Source of the DNA: Candidatus Hadarchaeales archaeon
GTDB taxonomy: Archaea; Hadarchaeota; Hadarchaeia; Hadarchaeales; Hadarchaeaceae
DNA length: 64,000 nt
Direction of reading: 5' to 3'
Assembly: GCA_038851075.1 (NCBI GenBank)
Contig: JAWCLG010000002.1
Span: 1 to 64,000, forward strand
The notes beneath the pieces are model-generated. The model ran no database searches, had not been told where the DNA came from, and saw only the letters and a list, made by a program, of their open reading frames with translations. Positions 46,468-56,008 of this stretch are shown here, piece after piece (positions within the stretch are counted from its first letter, which is position 1; the number at the start of each line of letters is the position of its first letter). The position numbers were made by a program, and so were the translations under genes.

Positions 46468-48108
46468 TCAGGTCGATTGTCTTTGGGGAATCCTATTTCT
46501 TGGCAGATTGAGGCCCAGAAAATTCATCACCGGTCTAACGCTTTTGGTTCCATACCTCCACCTCAGGTATGCCCAGTAGAAGAAGAATCCTGCGGCTTTT
46601 ATTATCCGTTCGTTTTCTCTCTTCCATATTTTTATATTCCTATCCCACGCGGTTGCTATGATCTCCCACTGAAGCTCAGTCGTGTTTTCAAACCCGACGC
46701 ATTTTTCCTTTTCCCAGTAAGTGCCCTTTATCGGGATGAAGATGACCGGAACGTAGAACAGCTTCTTGTCCTTTATCCTATCAAAAAGCTCGAGAGTTGC
46801 AATCGTATCCTCCTCCGTCTCATCCGGAGACCCAACCAAAAATGTGCAGAGCGGGTACCAGCAGTTATCGTTCAGTATCCCCAGCCCGGTGTCTACTATT
46901 TCATGCCATCTGTCAACCGTGAACGGAAGGGCTTTCCCACGCATACCTTTCTCCATGAGTCTGACGCTGCCGGTTTCTATTCCTATCTCCGCGGTGGTGT
47001 ATGTCTTTCCGTTAAGGCGGCGTTTTGATTTTTCCAGCAATATCGGGCTGAGCTCCTCGATCATCTTGGGGTCTGCTACTACCGGCGCGATTGCCGCATG
47101 CGACAGATGAATTTCCTCAACGCCTGGGTATCCGGCTATCCTCGAAAAAAGTTCAATGACCTTTTCCCTGTTAGGAACGAAATTTGGGCCGACCTCGTAG
47201 AGAAAGATATCGTCCGAAATAACGAATATTGATTTTGATCCTCCCTTTACGTTTACCTCAACCTCCTTCATTATGAAATCGATTGGGAAAGAGTAACGCT
47301 TCTTCGTTGTAGGGTAGCAGAACTGGCATCCTCTCCCGCACCCCCTCGTTATCTCAATACAGCCATAACTCGCAGGCCTGATTATCGGAGGAATGTTGTC
47401 ACGCTCTGGATCGACTTTTTCCATAGTTATGTCTCTCGGAACATCTTTACCTTCGAGTATGTCACGCACTAAGCTGCCCAAACCGCGTTCCACGTCCCCG
47501 TGGACAAGCACGTCTATGCCAAACGCATCCTGCATTTTGACCTCCTTTATCTGCCATGCGCCCGGGCCTCCCACGACAAGCTTTGTTTTTGTCCTGTCCC
47601 TTTCACGTATCACGGGGTGCTCCATCAGCTGTTTAAAGTAAAAATAGTTAACAGAATCACCGCCGAACCCAAGAAGCTCATTGTAGGTCCTGCTCACATA
47701 TGCGAACCCCATGGGGTCATGGCTCGAAACGCCTATCATTTTCGTATTCTTCCCAACAAATTTGCTTAGGGTATTCGGATGTGCGACAGCAACACTTTCC
47801 TCGCCAAATTCTCTCGCCAGAATCGCCTCAATCCTGCGCAAACCATAAGAAACGAATTTTGGTCTTCCCTGATCATCAAGCTTTGGTTCGAAGTATCTGA
47901 CAAGAAAACGGCGAACGAGCCTGTGCGGGAAAGTAGACATAAATGCCACGAACGGGTCTCCGCCAAAATCGCTCATTGTAGGCAGATCAGATGTTAAAAC
48001 TATCGGATAACCGTTGGTCCCCTCCTCGGATCCGGAACTGCCCTCCCCGGCTCGCGTTCCCCCAGAAAACACTCTCGAAAGCATTTTTACCTCCAGACCT
48101 TTATCCAT
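46468..48108 (-). CDS. B12-binding radical SAM protein, GDGT ring synthase (Grs)-like
   Basis: IVLTSD..MSDFGG, YGLRRIEA, IGVSSHDPMG, VVGGPGAWQ, EITRGCGRGCQFC, GIETGS. Confidence 0.7.
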   Translation of the reverse strand: MDKGLEVKMLSRVFSGGTRAGEGSSGSEEGTNGYPIVLTSDLPTMSDFGGDPFVAFMSTFPHRLVRRFLVRYFEPKLDDQGRPKFVSYGLRRIEAILAREFGEESVAVAHPNTLSKFVGKNTKMIGVSSHDPMGFAYVSRTYNELLGFGGDSVNYFYFKQLMEHPVIRERDRTKTKLVVGGPGAWQIKEVKMQDAFGIDVLVHGDVERGLGSLVRDILEGKDVPRDITMEKVDPERDNIPPIIRPASYGCIEITRGCGRGCQFCYPTTKKRYSFPIDFIMKEVEVNVKGGSKSIFVISDDIFLYEVGPNFVPNREKVIELFSRIAGYPGVEEIHLSHAAIAPVVADPKMIEELSPILLEKSKRRLNGKTYTTAEIGIETGSVRLMEKGMRGKALPFTVDRWHEIVDTGLGILNDNCWYPLCTFLVGSPDETEEDTIATLELFDRIKDKKLFYVPVIFIPIKGTYWEKEKCVGFENTTELQWEIIATAWDRNIKIWKRENERIIKAAGFFFYWAYLRWRYGTKSVRPVMNFLGLNLPRNRIPQRQST

Positions 48109-48304
48109 TTCATCTATCTGAAAAAATATATTCGCCCCTCATTTAATTTAAACTCGTGAGTTATTTGAACCAATCCCCCCCAGCAGATTTTTAATGGCGT
48201 CTCGCAAGAAATCTTACGCCTGATGTTTAAATCCAGGCGCTCCAGCGAACTCGAAAAGCTCAGATAAAGACTTAAATCGTCGGTTAAATTAGTTATTGGA
48301 TTAG

Positions 48305-48607
48305 ATGGCTAACATTCCACCCGAAGTCGCATGGTTGATCCCGATAGTCGTGCCGTTCATAATAGGGTTTCTCATCGGGGCGCTTGTAAAAAAAGCATTC
48401 AAAATGATACTCATCCTCGCGGCACTTGTGGTCGTGCTGGTTGTGACAGGTGCTATCGGACTGACGTTCTCAGACATTATTGAAAAGGCGACCCAAGTGC
48501 TGCCAAAAATAGCAGGAGAGGGTGCCGGACTTATCAACATTATCCCGTACACATCTATCACATTCATCGTTGGGCTCATACTGGCTCTCTGGAAGATAAA
48601 GTCGTGA
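48305..48607 (+). CDS. Small 3-TM membrane protein (FUN14-like)
   Basis: PFIIGFLIGALVKKAFK pattern; hydrophobic. Confidence 0.65.
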   Translation: MANIPPEVAWLIPIVVPFIIGFLIGALVKKAFKMILILAALVVVLVVTGAIGLTFSDIIEKATQVLPKIAGEGAGLINIIPYTSITFIVGLILALWKIKS

Positions 48608-48641
48608 CCAAGTTTAATTTTTATAAATCCCAGTATAGTCG

Positions 48642-49424
48642 ATGATAACTCCTGTAAAAGGCTCACCGGCCGCGATTCTGAGGGTCGGAAAAGAGAGAAT
48701 TCTCGCGGTTGCTGATTTGCACCTTGGCATTGAAAGCTGGCTCTCGAGAGATGGCATTTCGATTCCAAGCCAATCCCCAAAAATCAGGGCACGGCTTCTT
48801 GAACTCATAGATGAGCGTTCCCCTGATAGACTCATTATAATTGGGGACCTGAAACACGGTATTCCTGTATCGAGCTGGCAGGAATGGAGAGAGCTACCGG
48901 AGCTTTTGGAGGAACTGAAAAAACACGTTAAAGTTGAGGTCGTCAAGGGAAACCACGACGGGGGAATAGAGGAGATGCTTCCAAGCGGCGTGATAATCCA
49001 CGATGCCCATGGAACCATTGTGGGAAAAAGAGTAGGTCTGATGCATGGACACACTTGGCCTTCTCCATCCATGCTGAAAACCTCTGTTATTCTGCTCGGG
49101 CACATCCATCCATCGGTAGAATTCAGAGATAAAATGGGCGGGCGCGCAACCGCTCCAGTTTGGTTAAGATGCACAATGAACCCAGAGAAGATGCCTAAAA
49201 AAATTGAAAAACATGCCGGGAAAAAACTGCCCAAGTTGATAGTTCTCCCGGCTTTCAGCGATCTTGTGGGATATGCCCCGGTGAACAGGGAAATGCCGGG
49301 CGAGCTGATAGGTCCACTTTTCAGGTCGGGAGTGGTCAACCTATCCGATGCTGAGGTCTACATGCTAGACGGCACATTTGTCGGAAAGGTCAACGATATG
49401 AAAAAGCGGAATCAATTCCGCTAG
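48642..49424 (+). CDS. Calcineurin-like metallophosphoesterase (COG1407-type)
   Basis: DLHLG, GDLKH, GNHD, HGH, GHIHP, LPAF. Confidence 0.92.
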   Translation: MITPVKGSPAAILRVGKERILAVADLHLGIESWLSRDGISIPSQSPKIRARLLELIDERSPDRLIIIGDLKHGIPVSSWQEWRELPELLEELKKHVKVEVVKGNHDGGIEEMLPSGVIIHDAHGTIVGKRVGLMHGHTWPSPSMLKTSVILLGHIHPSVEFRDKMGGRATAPVWLRCTMNPEKMPKKIEKHAGKKLPKLIVLPAFSDLVGYAPVNREMPGELIGPLFRSGVVNLSDAEVYMLDGTFVGKVNDMKKRNQFR

Positions 49425-51517
49425 CACAGCACCTTTTCGATTGAAAATATTCTCGCGTGGATCTTTCCGTCCTGTCTTCGGAGCTCTGAAACACCTACGA
49501 ACTTTCTTCCCTTTCGAATAAGCATTCTCGGGCCATAGTAATCCTCGGCCGCGAGTTCGGCCCTGAGCCTGCTATCGACCACCAGAATCGCCCCTCCCGG
49601 GACAACCCTCTCCACCTCGAACTCGTGCACTTCGCCCACGTGAAGAGACCGGGCTGGAAAAATCATGTCTCCTCTTATATCAACCTGACACTCCTCCTTA
49701 AGTTTTGAAATAGCCGCTTCGAATGTGGATATATCATGTCCCTCTGAGGCCAGTTTCTCCCTGAGCGCTTCAGATGATATTCCTTCCCTTCCAGAGGCAA
49801 GAACCAAGTCAAGAACGCTCCTCGACATATTTCTCATTTCGACCTCATCCAAAGTTTCCGATTCTGAATCGAACTCAGAATCCTGGCCCAAATCCTGCAA
49901 ACATTTATCGGCATCCTCGAGAAGCTCTTTCGGCATTATTTTAGTCTCCAGAGCCGCTGTTCTAAGAATCGGTTTCAGGTCGGAGTTCAGGCTCTTTATC
50001 ACCCTCCGCATCTTTTCCGCCATCTTTCTGCTGGCATGAAGGTATGCAACGTCAACAGTGCCATCTGCGGCCAGAATGACGACCTTTCCAAATCTCCTCC
50101 TTCCGGTCCTGCCCTTTCTCTGTATGTACCTTATCTCGCTTGGAACGGGCTCGTAGAAAACCACAAGATCAACGCTCGGTATGTCAAGACCCTCCTCCCC
50201 TATGCTGGTCGCCACTAGGACGCTTATCTCTCCGCTCGAAAACCTCCTCAATATCTCTGCCTGCTCATCCTGAGAAAGCCCTATGTCGCCCTCTCTGGTT
50301 GCCTGACCGACGAATCTCTCTGCTCTTATCCCGGCCGCGGAGAGCCGTGAGACAAGATGGGCCGCTGTATCTCTATACTGAGTGAAAAGAATCACTCTGG
50401 ACATCGGACTTGATCTGAGCTGCTCCGAGATTATGCCACATGCCAGTTCAACCTTTGGATGCTCTCCCACCTCTCCTGACTCGAGAAACCCGTAAATTCC
50501 CTTCGATGCGAGCTCCGAAACGATACCGCTGTGCCCCCTCCTCCCGCTTTCCTTTATCCTTTTCAGGAAAGCGTACAGCGCATTCGCCCCTTGGCTTTCA
50601 AGGAGCTCCAGGGCGTGATATAACGACAGGGCGGACGAAAGAACCGAAATCGCGCCGAAGAGCGGGCCTCTTCTGTTTGGTGGAACCGTATGCAGCATTT
50701 TTCTAAGTTTATCAGACGTTTCTATCAGGTCAGTCCTGAATATGTACTTGGGCGGTTTTTTTATGACTCCCATGGCAGAAAGCTTTCCCAGCCTGGCATC
50801 GAGGCTTTCCCTTACTTTTCTGGAAATCTCCTGGTACTCAGGCGGCAGTGGGACTGTAATCCACTGAACAGAAACCCTGCTGATGTACGGTGCGACATCA
50901 GGATCCTCCTCAGTCCTTGCCTCTATGTGCTCGATGAAGAGGGCGTCGCATATCTCCTTTATTTTGTCCCTATCGGCGCCAGGGCTGGCCGTAAGCCCCA
51001 TTATGATCGGATGAGGAGACTCGTTTACGTACGCCTTAGCAACCTTCGTGTAAGAGTAATTTTTTCTCGCCCGGTGACACTCGTCGAATATCATGAGGCT
51101 GAATATGTCTAGCCTTAACCCTGAATCGTGGTCGTTCTCAATCACCTGCGGCGTCGCTATGAAAACTCTCGCATTTCCCTTCCACGCTTTAAAACGCGTC
51201 TGAGGTGACTGCTTTCCGGTCAACAGCTTTACGTCCTCGGGCCTGATCCTCAGAAGTCTGATGAACGTATTTCTGTGCTGGACTGCTAGAGGCCTAGTCG
51301 GTGCCATTATCAGCACCTTCATGTGGCTGTGGTTGTAGAGAAAGTGGGATGCCACCAAGGCTGCTATGACCGTCTTGCCGAGAGCGGTCGGCAGGACCAC
51401 CAGAGTGTTTTCCTTTACGGCCCTTTTCGCTATGTTTAACTGATACTCTCTCAGCTCGATCTCACTTGCCCTGACAAGTGGATTGATAAACTCAGTGGTT
51501 TTTGATTGATCCTCCAT
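49421..51517 (-). CDS. Hef/FANCM-like SF2 helicase without ERCC4 nuclease
   Basis: REYQ, LPTALGKT, DECHRA, LTASPG, FVGQA, EEGLDIP, QRKGRTGR; no ERKxxxD nuclease motif. Confidence 0.9.
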   Translation of the reverse strand: MEDQSKTTEFINPLVRASEIELREYQLNIAKRAVKENTLVVLPTALGKTVIAALVASHFLYNHSHMKVLIMAPTRPLAVQHRNTFIRLLRIRPEDVKLLTGKQSPQTRFKAWKGNARVFIATPQVIENDHDSGLRLDIFSLMIFDECHRARKNYSYTKVAKAYVNESPHPIIMGLTASPGADRDKIKEICDALFIEHIEARTEEDPDVAPYISRVSVQWITVPLPPEYQEISRKVRESLDARLGKLSAMGVIKKPPKYIFRTDLIETSDKLRKMLHTVPPNRRGPLFGAISVLSSALSLYHALELLESQGANALYAFLKRIKESGRRGHSGIVSELASKGIYGFLESGEVGEHPKVELACGIISEQLRSSPMSRVILFTQYRDTAAHLVSRLSAAGIRAERFVGQATREGDIGLSQDEQAEILRRFSSGEISVLVATSIGEEGLDIPSVDLVVFYEPVPSEIRYIQRKGRTGRRRFGKVVILAADGTVDVAYLHASRKMAEKMRRVIKSLNSDLKPILRTAALETKIMPKELLEDADKCLQDLGQDSEFDSESETLDEVEMRNMSRSVLDLVLASGREGISSEALREKLASEGHDISTFEAAISKLKEECQVDIRGDMIFPARSLHVGEVHEFEVERVVPGGAILVVDSRLRAELAAEDYYGPRMLIRKGRKFVGVSELRRQDGKIHARIFSIEKVLC

Positions 51518-51598
51518 ACGCTCACCTTTAAACTCAAATGACTTAGTTATAACCTCTGGGGCGCTTATATCCTACAGAAAAAATGTGTCTTTGATGCT

Positions 51599-52828
51599 AT
51601 GAAAGCTTTGGCGTTGCTGACTGCGGTGGTTATCATGTGCGGCTTATGCCAGGCGGAGGAGTGGCCGACTTTTAGAAGGGACTCACTGCAGACAGGATAT
51701 TCACAGGACGCTGGACCTGAGAGGCCAGATATCGCGTGGTCCGCTGAAATAGAGCATTGTACGGTACACCTGACCGTTTCTGAATACATCGCATACGTTG
51801 TAAGCGGAGAGTATGTTTATGCCATCAACGTGTTTAACGGCTCTAGGATATGGACAGTAAAGATGGACGGAAACGTGTCACCAGTTACGGTTTACGGCGG
51901 AGATATCTACTTCGGAACGGCTAAAGGTACAATCCACTGCCTCAAAGGAAAAACCGGATCGTTGAACTGGAGCAGCTCTGTTTCCGGAGGCGTCTATGAT
52001 GCCCCGTTGATTGCCAACGGCAGGATATACCTGATCGCGGGCACAAATGTTTACTCAATTTACCCATCAACGGGGCAAAAAATATGGGAAAGATCTCTCG
52101 AAGACACCGTCACTGGGCTCTCTGCAGATTCGAACTCTGCGGTGGTGGTCACGGAATCTGGATGCGTATGGAACTTTGACCCAAACGGGGGAATCTTGTG
52201 GAAAGTTGCGACAGGAGAGGAGATAATTCACGCTCCGTCCATATCAGATGGCCTGATATACGTCAGTGCTGGAAACAGGCTCATAGTCATAGATAACGGT
52301 GCCGTTGCCGAGAATTTGGAGTTTGGATCAAAAGTTGGACCCGTTTCCGTTGGGCCCGATACCGCATACTTCGGGTGCGAGAACGGATCTGTGGTCGCGA
52401 TTACTAAAAACACCTTTGAGGAAAGATGGAACTACGTAACTGGAGGAAAGATACTTTCTCCACCTGCAATAGGCAAAAATAGGATGTATGTTGTTTCTGG
52501 AGACGGTTGCCTTTACTGCATAAGCGCCGAAAACGGAGGGCTTATCTGGAAATCGAGGCTTGGGCTGAAGGAAAACTCCTATCCGGTCATCGCTTATCTC
52601 AAGATATTCGTCTTCTCAGGCAACAGTGTGTACTGCATCGGGAGCTGGGGGTCCGTGCCGAACGGTGCCCTGACCAACGGTCTTATCTACTTAATAATCT
52701 CAATGTGCTTTTTTGCCTCCATTTTTGCTCTGAGAAAATTATCGCCCGAGGAAAAACCGGACAAAAAGCGAAAAGCTGTGAGAAAGCACGTAAGGAAAAA
52801 GAGAAGCGGAAAAAAACACAGTAGATAA
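51599..52828 (+). CDS. Secreted, membrane-anchored PQQ-like beta-propeller protein
   Basis: Signal peptide, WPTFRRD..TG, repeated 'G...W' blades, C-terminal TM helix and basic tail. Confidence 0.87.
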   Translation: MKALALLTAVVIMCGLCQAEEWPTFRRDSLQTGYSQDAGPERPDIAWSAEIEHCTVHLTVSEYIAYVVSGEYVYAINVFNGSRIWTVKMDGNVSPVTVYGGDIYFGTAKGTIHCLKGKTGSLNWSSSVSGGVYDAPLIANGRIYLIAGTNVYSIYPSTGQKIWERSLEDTVTGLSADSNSAVVVTESGCVWNFDPNGGILWKVATGEEIIHAPSISDGLIYVSAGNRLIVIDNGAVAENLEFGSKVGPVSVGPDTAYFGCENGSVVAITKNTFEERWNYVTGGKILSPPAIGKNRMYVVSGDGCLYCISAENGGLIWKSRLGLKENSYPVIAYLKIFVFSGNSVYCIGSWGSVPNGALTNGLIYLIISMCFFASIFALRKLSPEEKPDKKRKAVRKHVRKKRSGKKHSR

Positions 52829-52833
52829 TGGAC

Positions 52834-54048
52834 CTAGCCCCGCTCCCTGAAAATTCTAAATGAGTACTTTATAAGCAATGGTGCTACCACCGTGGTCGCG
52901 AGGACTATCAGCACCGTCAATGAGAGAAGAGAATGAGAGACAACGCCCGATTTCACGCCTATGGCGGCTATGACCAACGCCACCTCCCCTCTGGGAACCA
53001 TCCCTACTCCAACTCTCAGAGAATCTCCGGCAGAAAAACCGCCAATCAGAGCACCAACCCCACATCCGAGTATTTTGCTGATGAAAGACATGACGATCAC
53101 AACCGATCCGACCAGAATGCCTATGCTTGCGAGCTCACCAAAATTCATCCTTACGCCCATTTCTGTGAAAAAAATTGGAATGAAAAGAGCGTAGCCAATT
53201 GTTGTGATCTTGGCTCTCAGCGATTTTGCCACGGGAAGTCTGCTCATGACCATGCCTGCCAAAAAAGCCCCAGTAATTGCCGCCAAGCTCACTAACTCCG
53301 AAAGCGCGCTAACGAGGAATATTATCACAATTGTCAGGGAGAGTATAACCTCCTCAATGTTAAATCTCCCGATAAAACGCATTATTCCGGGTAAAATCTT
53401 GAGGCCGAACAGAAGCACTAGCACTATGAAAATAACCATCAGCGCTACGACCCGCGAAACTCCAAAAAGCGAGAGCGATCCCAAGGCGGCGCCAGAAAGC
53501 ACGCTCAGAATCATTATCCCCAGAATATCATCGATCACGGCCGCCTCAAGAATCGCCACACCAACTGGGGTGTGGAGTTTTCCTATGTCGACAAGCGCTC
53601 TAACAGTTAGACCAACGCTTGTGGCGGTGAGGACGGCGCCAAGGAAAGCAGCCTCGATGGTCCCCCACCCCAAAAACCATGCCAACGCGAAGCCAAAAAT
53701 AAAAGAGACCACAACTCCGGAAGAAGCCACCGCAATCGCGACCTTTCCCGATTTTTTAAACTCATCAATATCTATGGACACCCCGGCGAGGAAGAGTAGT
53801 AAAATTATGCCTATATCGCTGAAAACGTTCACCACACTGCCTGAAGGTGAATCCAGATTTATGAATAGATGATGTCCGAGAATCAAGTTCGAAATCTGGC
53901 CAGCAACAAAAGGCCCTATCATAATCCCGGAGATTAGTTCACCAACTACGGGGGGCTGCTTCAATCTCGAAAACAGTTCCCCGCCTAACCGCGCTGAAAG
54001 CAGGATAACCGCCAAGTAGATGAGAACGGAGGATATCTCAACTTCCAT
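52834..54048 (-). CDS. CPA2 cation:proton antiporter (NapA/Kef-like)
   Basis: QPPVVGELISG, ATSVGLT, AAVIDD, GAFLAG, PRGEVAL. Confidence 0.92.
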   Translation of the reverse strand: MEVEISSVLIYLAVILLSARLGGELFSRLKQPPVVGELISGIMIGPFVAGQISNLILGHHLFINLDSPSGSVVNVFSDIGIILLLFLAGVSIDIDEFKKSGKVAIAVASSGVVVSFIFGFALAWFLGWGTIEAAFLGAVLTATSVGLTVRALVDIGKLHTPVGVAILEAAVIDDILGIMILSVLSGAALGSLSLFGVSRVVALMVIFIVLVLLFGLKILPGIMRFIGRFNIEEVILSLTIVIIFLVSALSELVSLAAITGAFLAGMVMSRLPVAKSLRAKITTIGYALFIPIFFTEMGVRMNFGELASIGILVGSVVIVMSFISKILGCGVGALIGGFSAGDSLRVGVGMVPRGEVALVIAAIGVKSGVVSHSLLSLTVLIVLATTVVAPLLIKYSFRIFRERG

Positions 54049-54127
54049 ATTTCTCCCCAGTTTTCCACATATGAAACCAACGGTGTACCTCAAAAAAAGA
54101 ATGCCCGGCAACCTCCAGATCTAAACT

Positions 54128-54547
54128 TCACCTTAGAAGCCTGTAGAACTCAATTATCTTCCTGAGATTGATGAGCCCCACAAGTTTTCCTCTCTCCGTG
54201 ACAGGAAGACTTCTCAACTTATGAATTGACATTATGTTAAGCACCTCCTCCATGTTCATATCTGGTGAAACCGTGACAGGATCTCTCGTCATTATATCTC
54301 CCACCTTAGTTGCCATCCTCTTCTTCAATTCCTGCACCATATCGGGGCCTACAACCGCCCTCTTTAAAGGTACCTGAAGAATCTGGAGCACATCGCTCTC
54401 GGTGACAATGCCTACGACTCTCTCCTTTTTGTCAACAACCGGAAAACTTCCCTCGATCTGGGAGAGAAGGCGTTCGATTAGCTCATCTATGGGGGTTTCT
54501 GGATTTACCTTTCTCGGCTTTGTGTTCATCACGTCCTTAACCTTTAT
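54128..54547 (-). CDS. Stand-alone CBS-pair protein
   Basis: (I)KVKDVMNT..FPVVD..VGIVTESD; KVGDIMTRD..LPV...LVGLI; possible ATA start at 54547. Confidence 0.9.
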   Translation of the reverse strand: MKVKDVMNTKPRKVNPETPIDELIERLLSQIEGSFPVVDKKERVVGIVTESDVLQILQVPLKRAVVGPDMVQELKKRMATKVGDIMTRDPVTVSPDMNMEEVLNIMSIHKLRSLPVTERGKLVGLINLRKIIEFYRLLR

Positions 54548-54650
54548 GAGCCTAAGTTGCTCCGGATTTATCGGTCCTCTTATCGCTGTGATTCGAATCC
54601 CAATTGCTACTCTTTTTCTGCCTTATTAGCATTGTACATCCGGATTGAAG

Positions 54651-54728
54651 TGGTGGGGTCGCCGAGATTTGAACTCGGGTCACCGGCTCCCGAAGCCGGC
54701 AGGATGGACCAGTCTACCCCACGACCCC
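54651..54728 (-). tRNA. tRNA-Pro (anticodon CGG), CCA encoded, no intron
   Basis: GGGGTCG/CGACCCC acceptor stem, CCGGC-TTCGGGA-GCCGG anticodon arm, GTTCAAATC T-loop, ACCA end. Confidence 0.95.
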
Positions 54729-54779
54729 CTGTAAAAAATATCGTCTGCAAGTAAAAGCTTACGAGTTCATTGTCCTGAT

Positions 54780-55961
54780 TCAGGTCTTTCTTCCCTCAAG
54801 CAGATTCTCAAGCTCTTTCTCCAGCCACGCCACTGGCGCTTCCTGTATACCGATCTTTTTCTTCCCTTTAGAGCGCGCCTCCTTCACCTCAACAAGTCCG
54901 AGTCCCTCCATTCTTTTTAAATACTCCCAGAACTGGCTCTTCTCTCGTGGCTGCTCTCCGTATTCTTCGCATGCCGCACGATATGTTTTGTCTAGGTCTT
55001 CCCTTAACGTGTACGCCTTACCGGAAGATCTGAGTCTCCTGCACAGAGAGAGCAGAAGTATCTTTTCGTGGGGTAACAGCTCGCGCAAAACCTCGCGCTT
55101 GATAACCGGATAAACCTCGGCCTTTGCCTCCCTGACGTGCTCCGGATTGACCGAACTCTCTAACTTTCCATCTGCGATGAGCCCTGCCCTCCACAACAGC
55201 TCGAGCGCAAATCTAGCATCTCCAGTTGAAGATGCGATGTCGGCTATAAGATCCACAGACTCCTCCTCTACGGCCCCGGGTTTGAATGCCTCGTGGATTC
55301 TCTGCTGAAGTATGTCTTTAAGCTGCTCGGCAGTGTACCTGTTAAGCTCAAGCACGTTATGCATAAACGTGCTCTGTGTCGGGAGGTCAAGCGATTTGAG
55401 AAACTCCCTGTCCTTAGCAACAGCTATGATACTTATTCTGTTAGGCTGGCCTTCATCCTCATACATCCTAGTCAGCGAGTACATCAGGTCGGGACCCTCC
55501 ATGCGGACGTAATAGTCTATTTCATCAAGGCAAAGGGTGAGGTATGCATCGTGCGTCCTCATGTAGGTTGAGATCAGATCTATCAGTTTTTCCGGTGACA
55601 GCCCATGATGAGGCCATTTTGGATTGTAATGATGATGTATTTTGGATATGATCGAAAAGTAGCTCTTGTCCTTTCTGCAGTTTATGTGGAGATAGCTCAG
55701 ATTCATTCCTCTCCCCTTCGCCGTAGCCTCCAGATCGGCGCCAAACCTTCCCGCTATGGCAGTCTTTCCTACCCCAACGCTTCCTGTGATTAAAACCCGC
55801 TGGCTCATCCTGTTCTCCAGGAGAGGTCTAAAAACTCTGATTAACCATCTAAACTCCTCATCTCTGTGCACCAAAACCTGAGGGACGTAGTCTGGAGAGA
55901 GTTTGCTCGCGTCCCTGAAAACTGACGGCCTTTCCAGTTCCTCCTCGAAGAGATTCCTCAT
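54780..55961 (-). CDS. cdc6: Orc1/Cdc6 replication initiation AAA+ protein
   Basis: LSPDYVP..LVHRDEE, GSVGVGKT, INC, LDEID, GDARFALELL, C-terminal winged helix. Confidence 0.93.
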   Translation of the reverse strand: MRNLFEEELERPSVFRDASKLSPDYVPQVLVHRDEEFRWLIRVFRPLLENRMSQRVLITGSVGVGKTAIAGRFGADLEATAKGRGMNLSYLHINCRKDKSYFSIISKIHHHYNPKWPHHGLSPEKLIDLISTYMRTHDAYLTLCLDEIDYYVRMEGPDLMYSLTRMYEDEGQPNRISIIAVAKDREFLKSLDLPTQSTFMHNVLELNRYTAEQLKDILQQRIHEAFKPGAVEEESVDLIADIASSTGDARFALELLWRAGLIADGKLESSVNPEHVREAKAEVYPVIKREVLRELLPHEKILLLSLCRRLRSSGKAYTLREDLDKTYRAACEEYGEQPREKSQFWEYLKRMEGLGLVEVKEARSKGKKKIGIQEAPVAWLEKELENLLEGRKT

Positions 55962-56008
55962 TTGCACCCCCAGTATGAGATTTGCTGAGGCTCATAAAAA
56001 CGGTGCAA

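Noticed and set aside
54560-54728. Integrated element at tRNA-Pro (GATTCGAATCC near 54590 looks like a T-loop)
   Set aside because: No duplicated tRNA 3' end and no integrase; flanking genes are housekeeping
54550-56008. Replication origin next to orc1/cdc6
   Set aside because: Flanking intergenic stretches are short, and I saw no repeated ORB-like boxes or long AT-rich unwinding element
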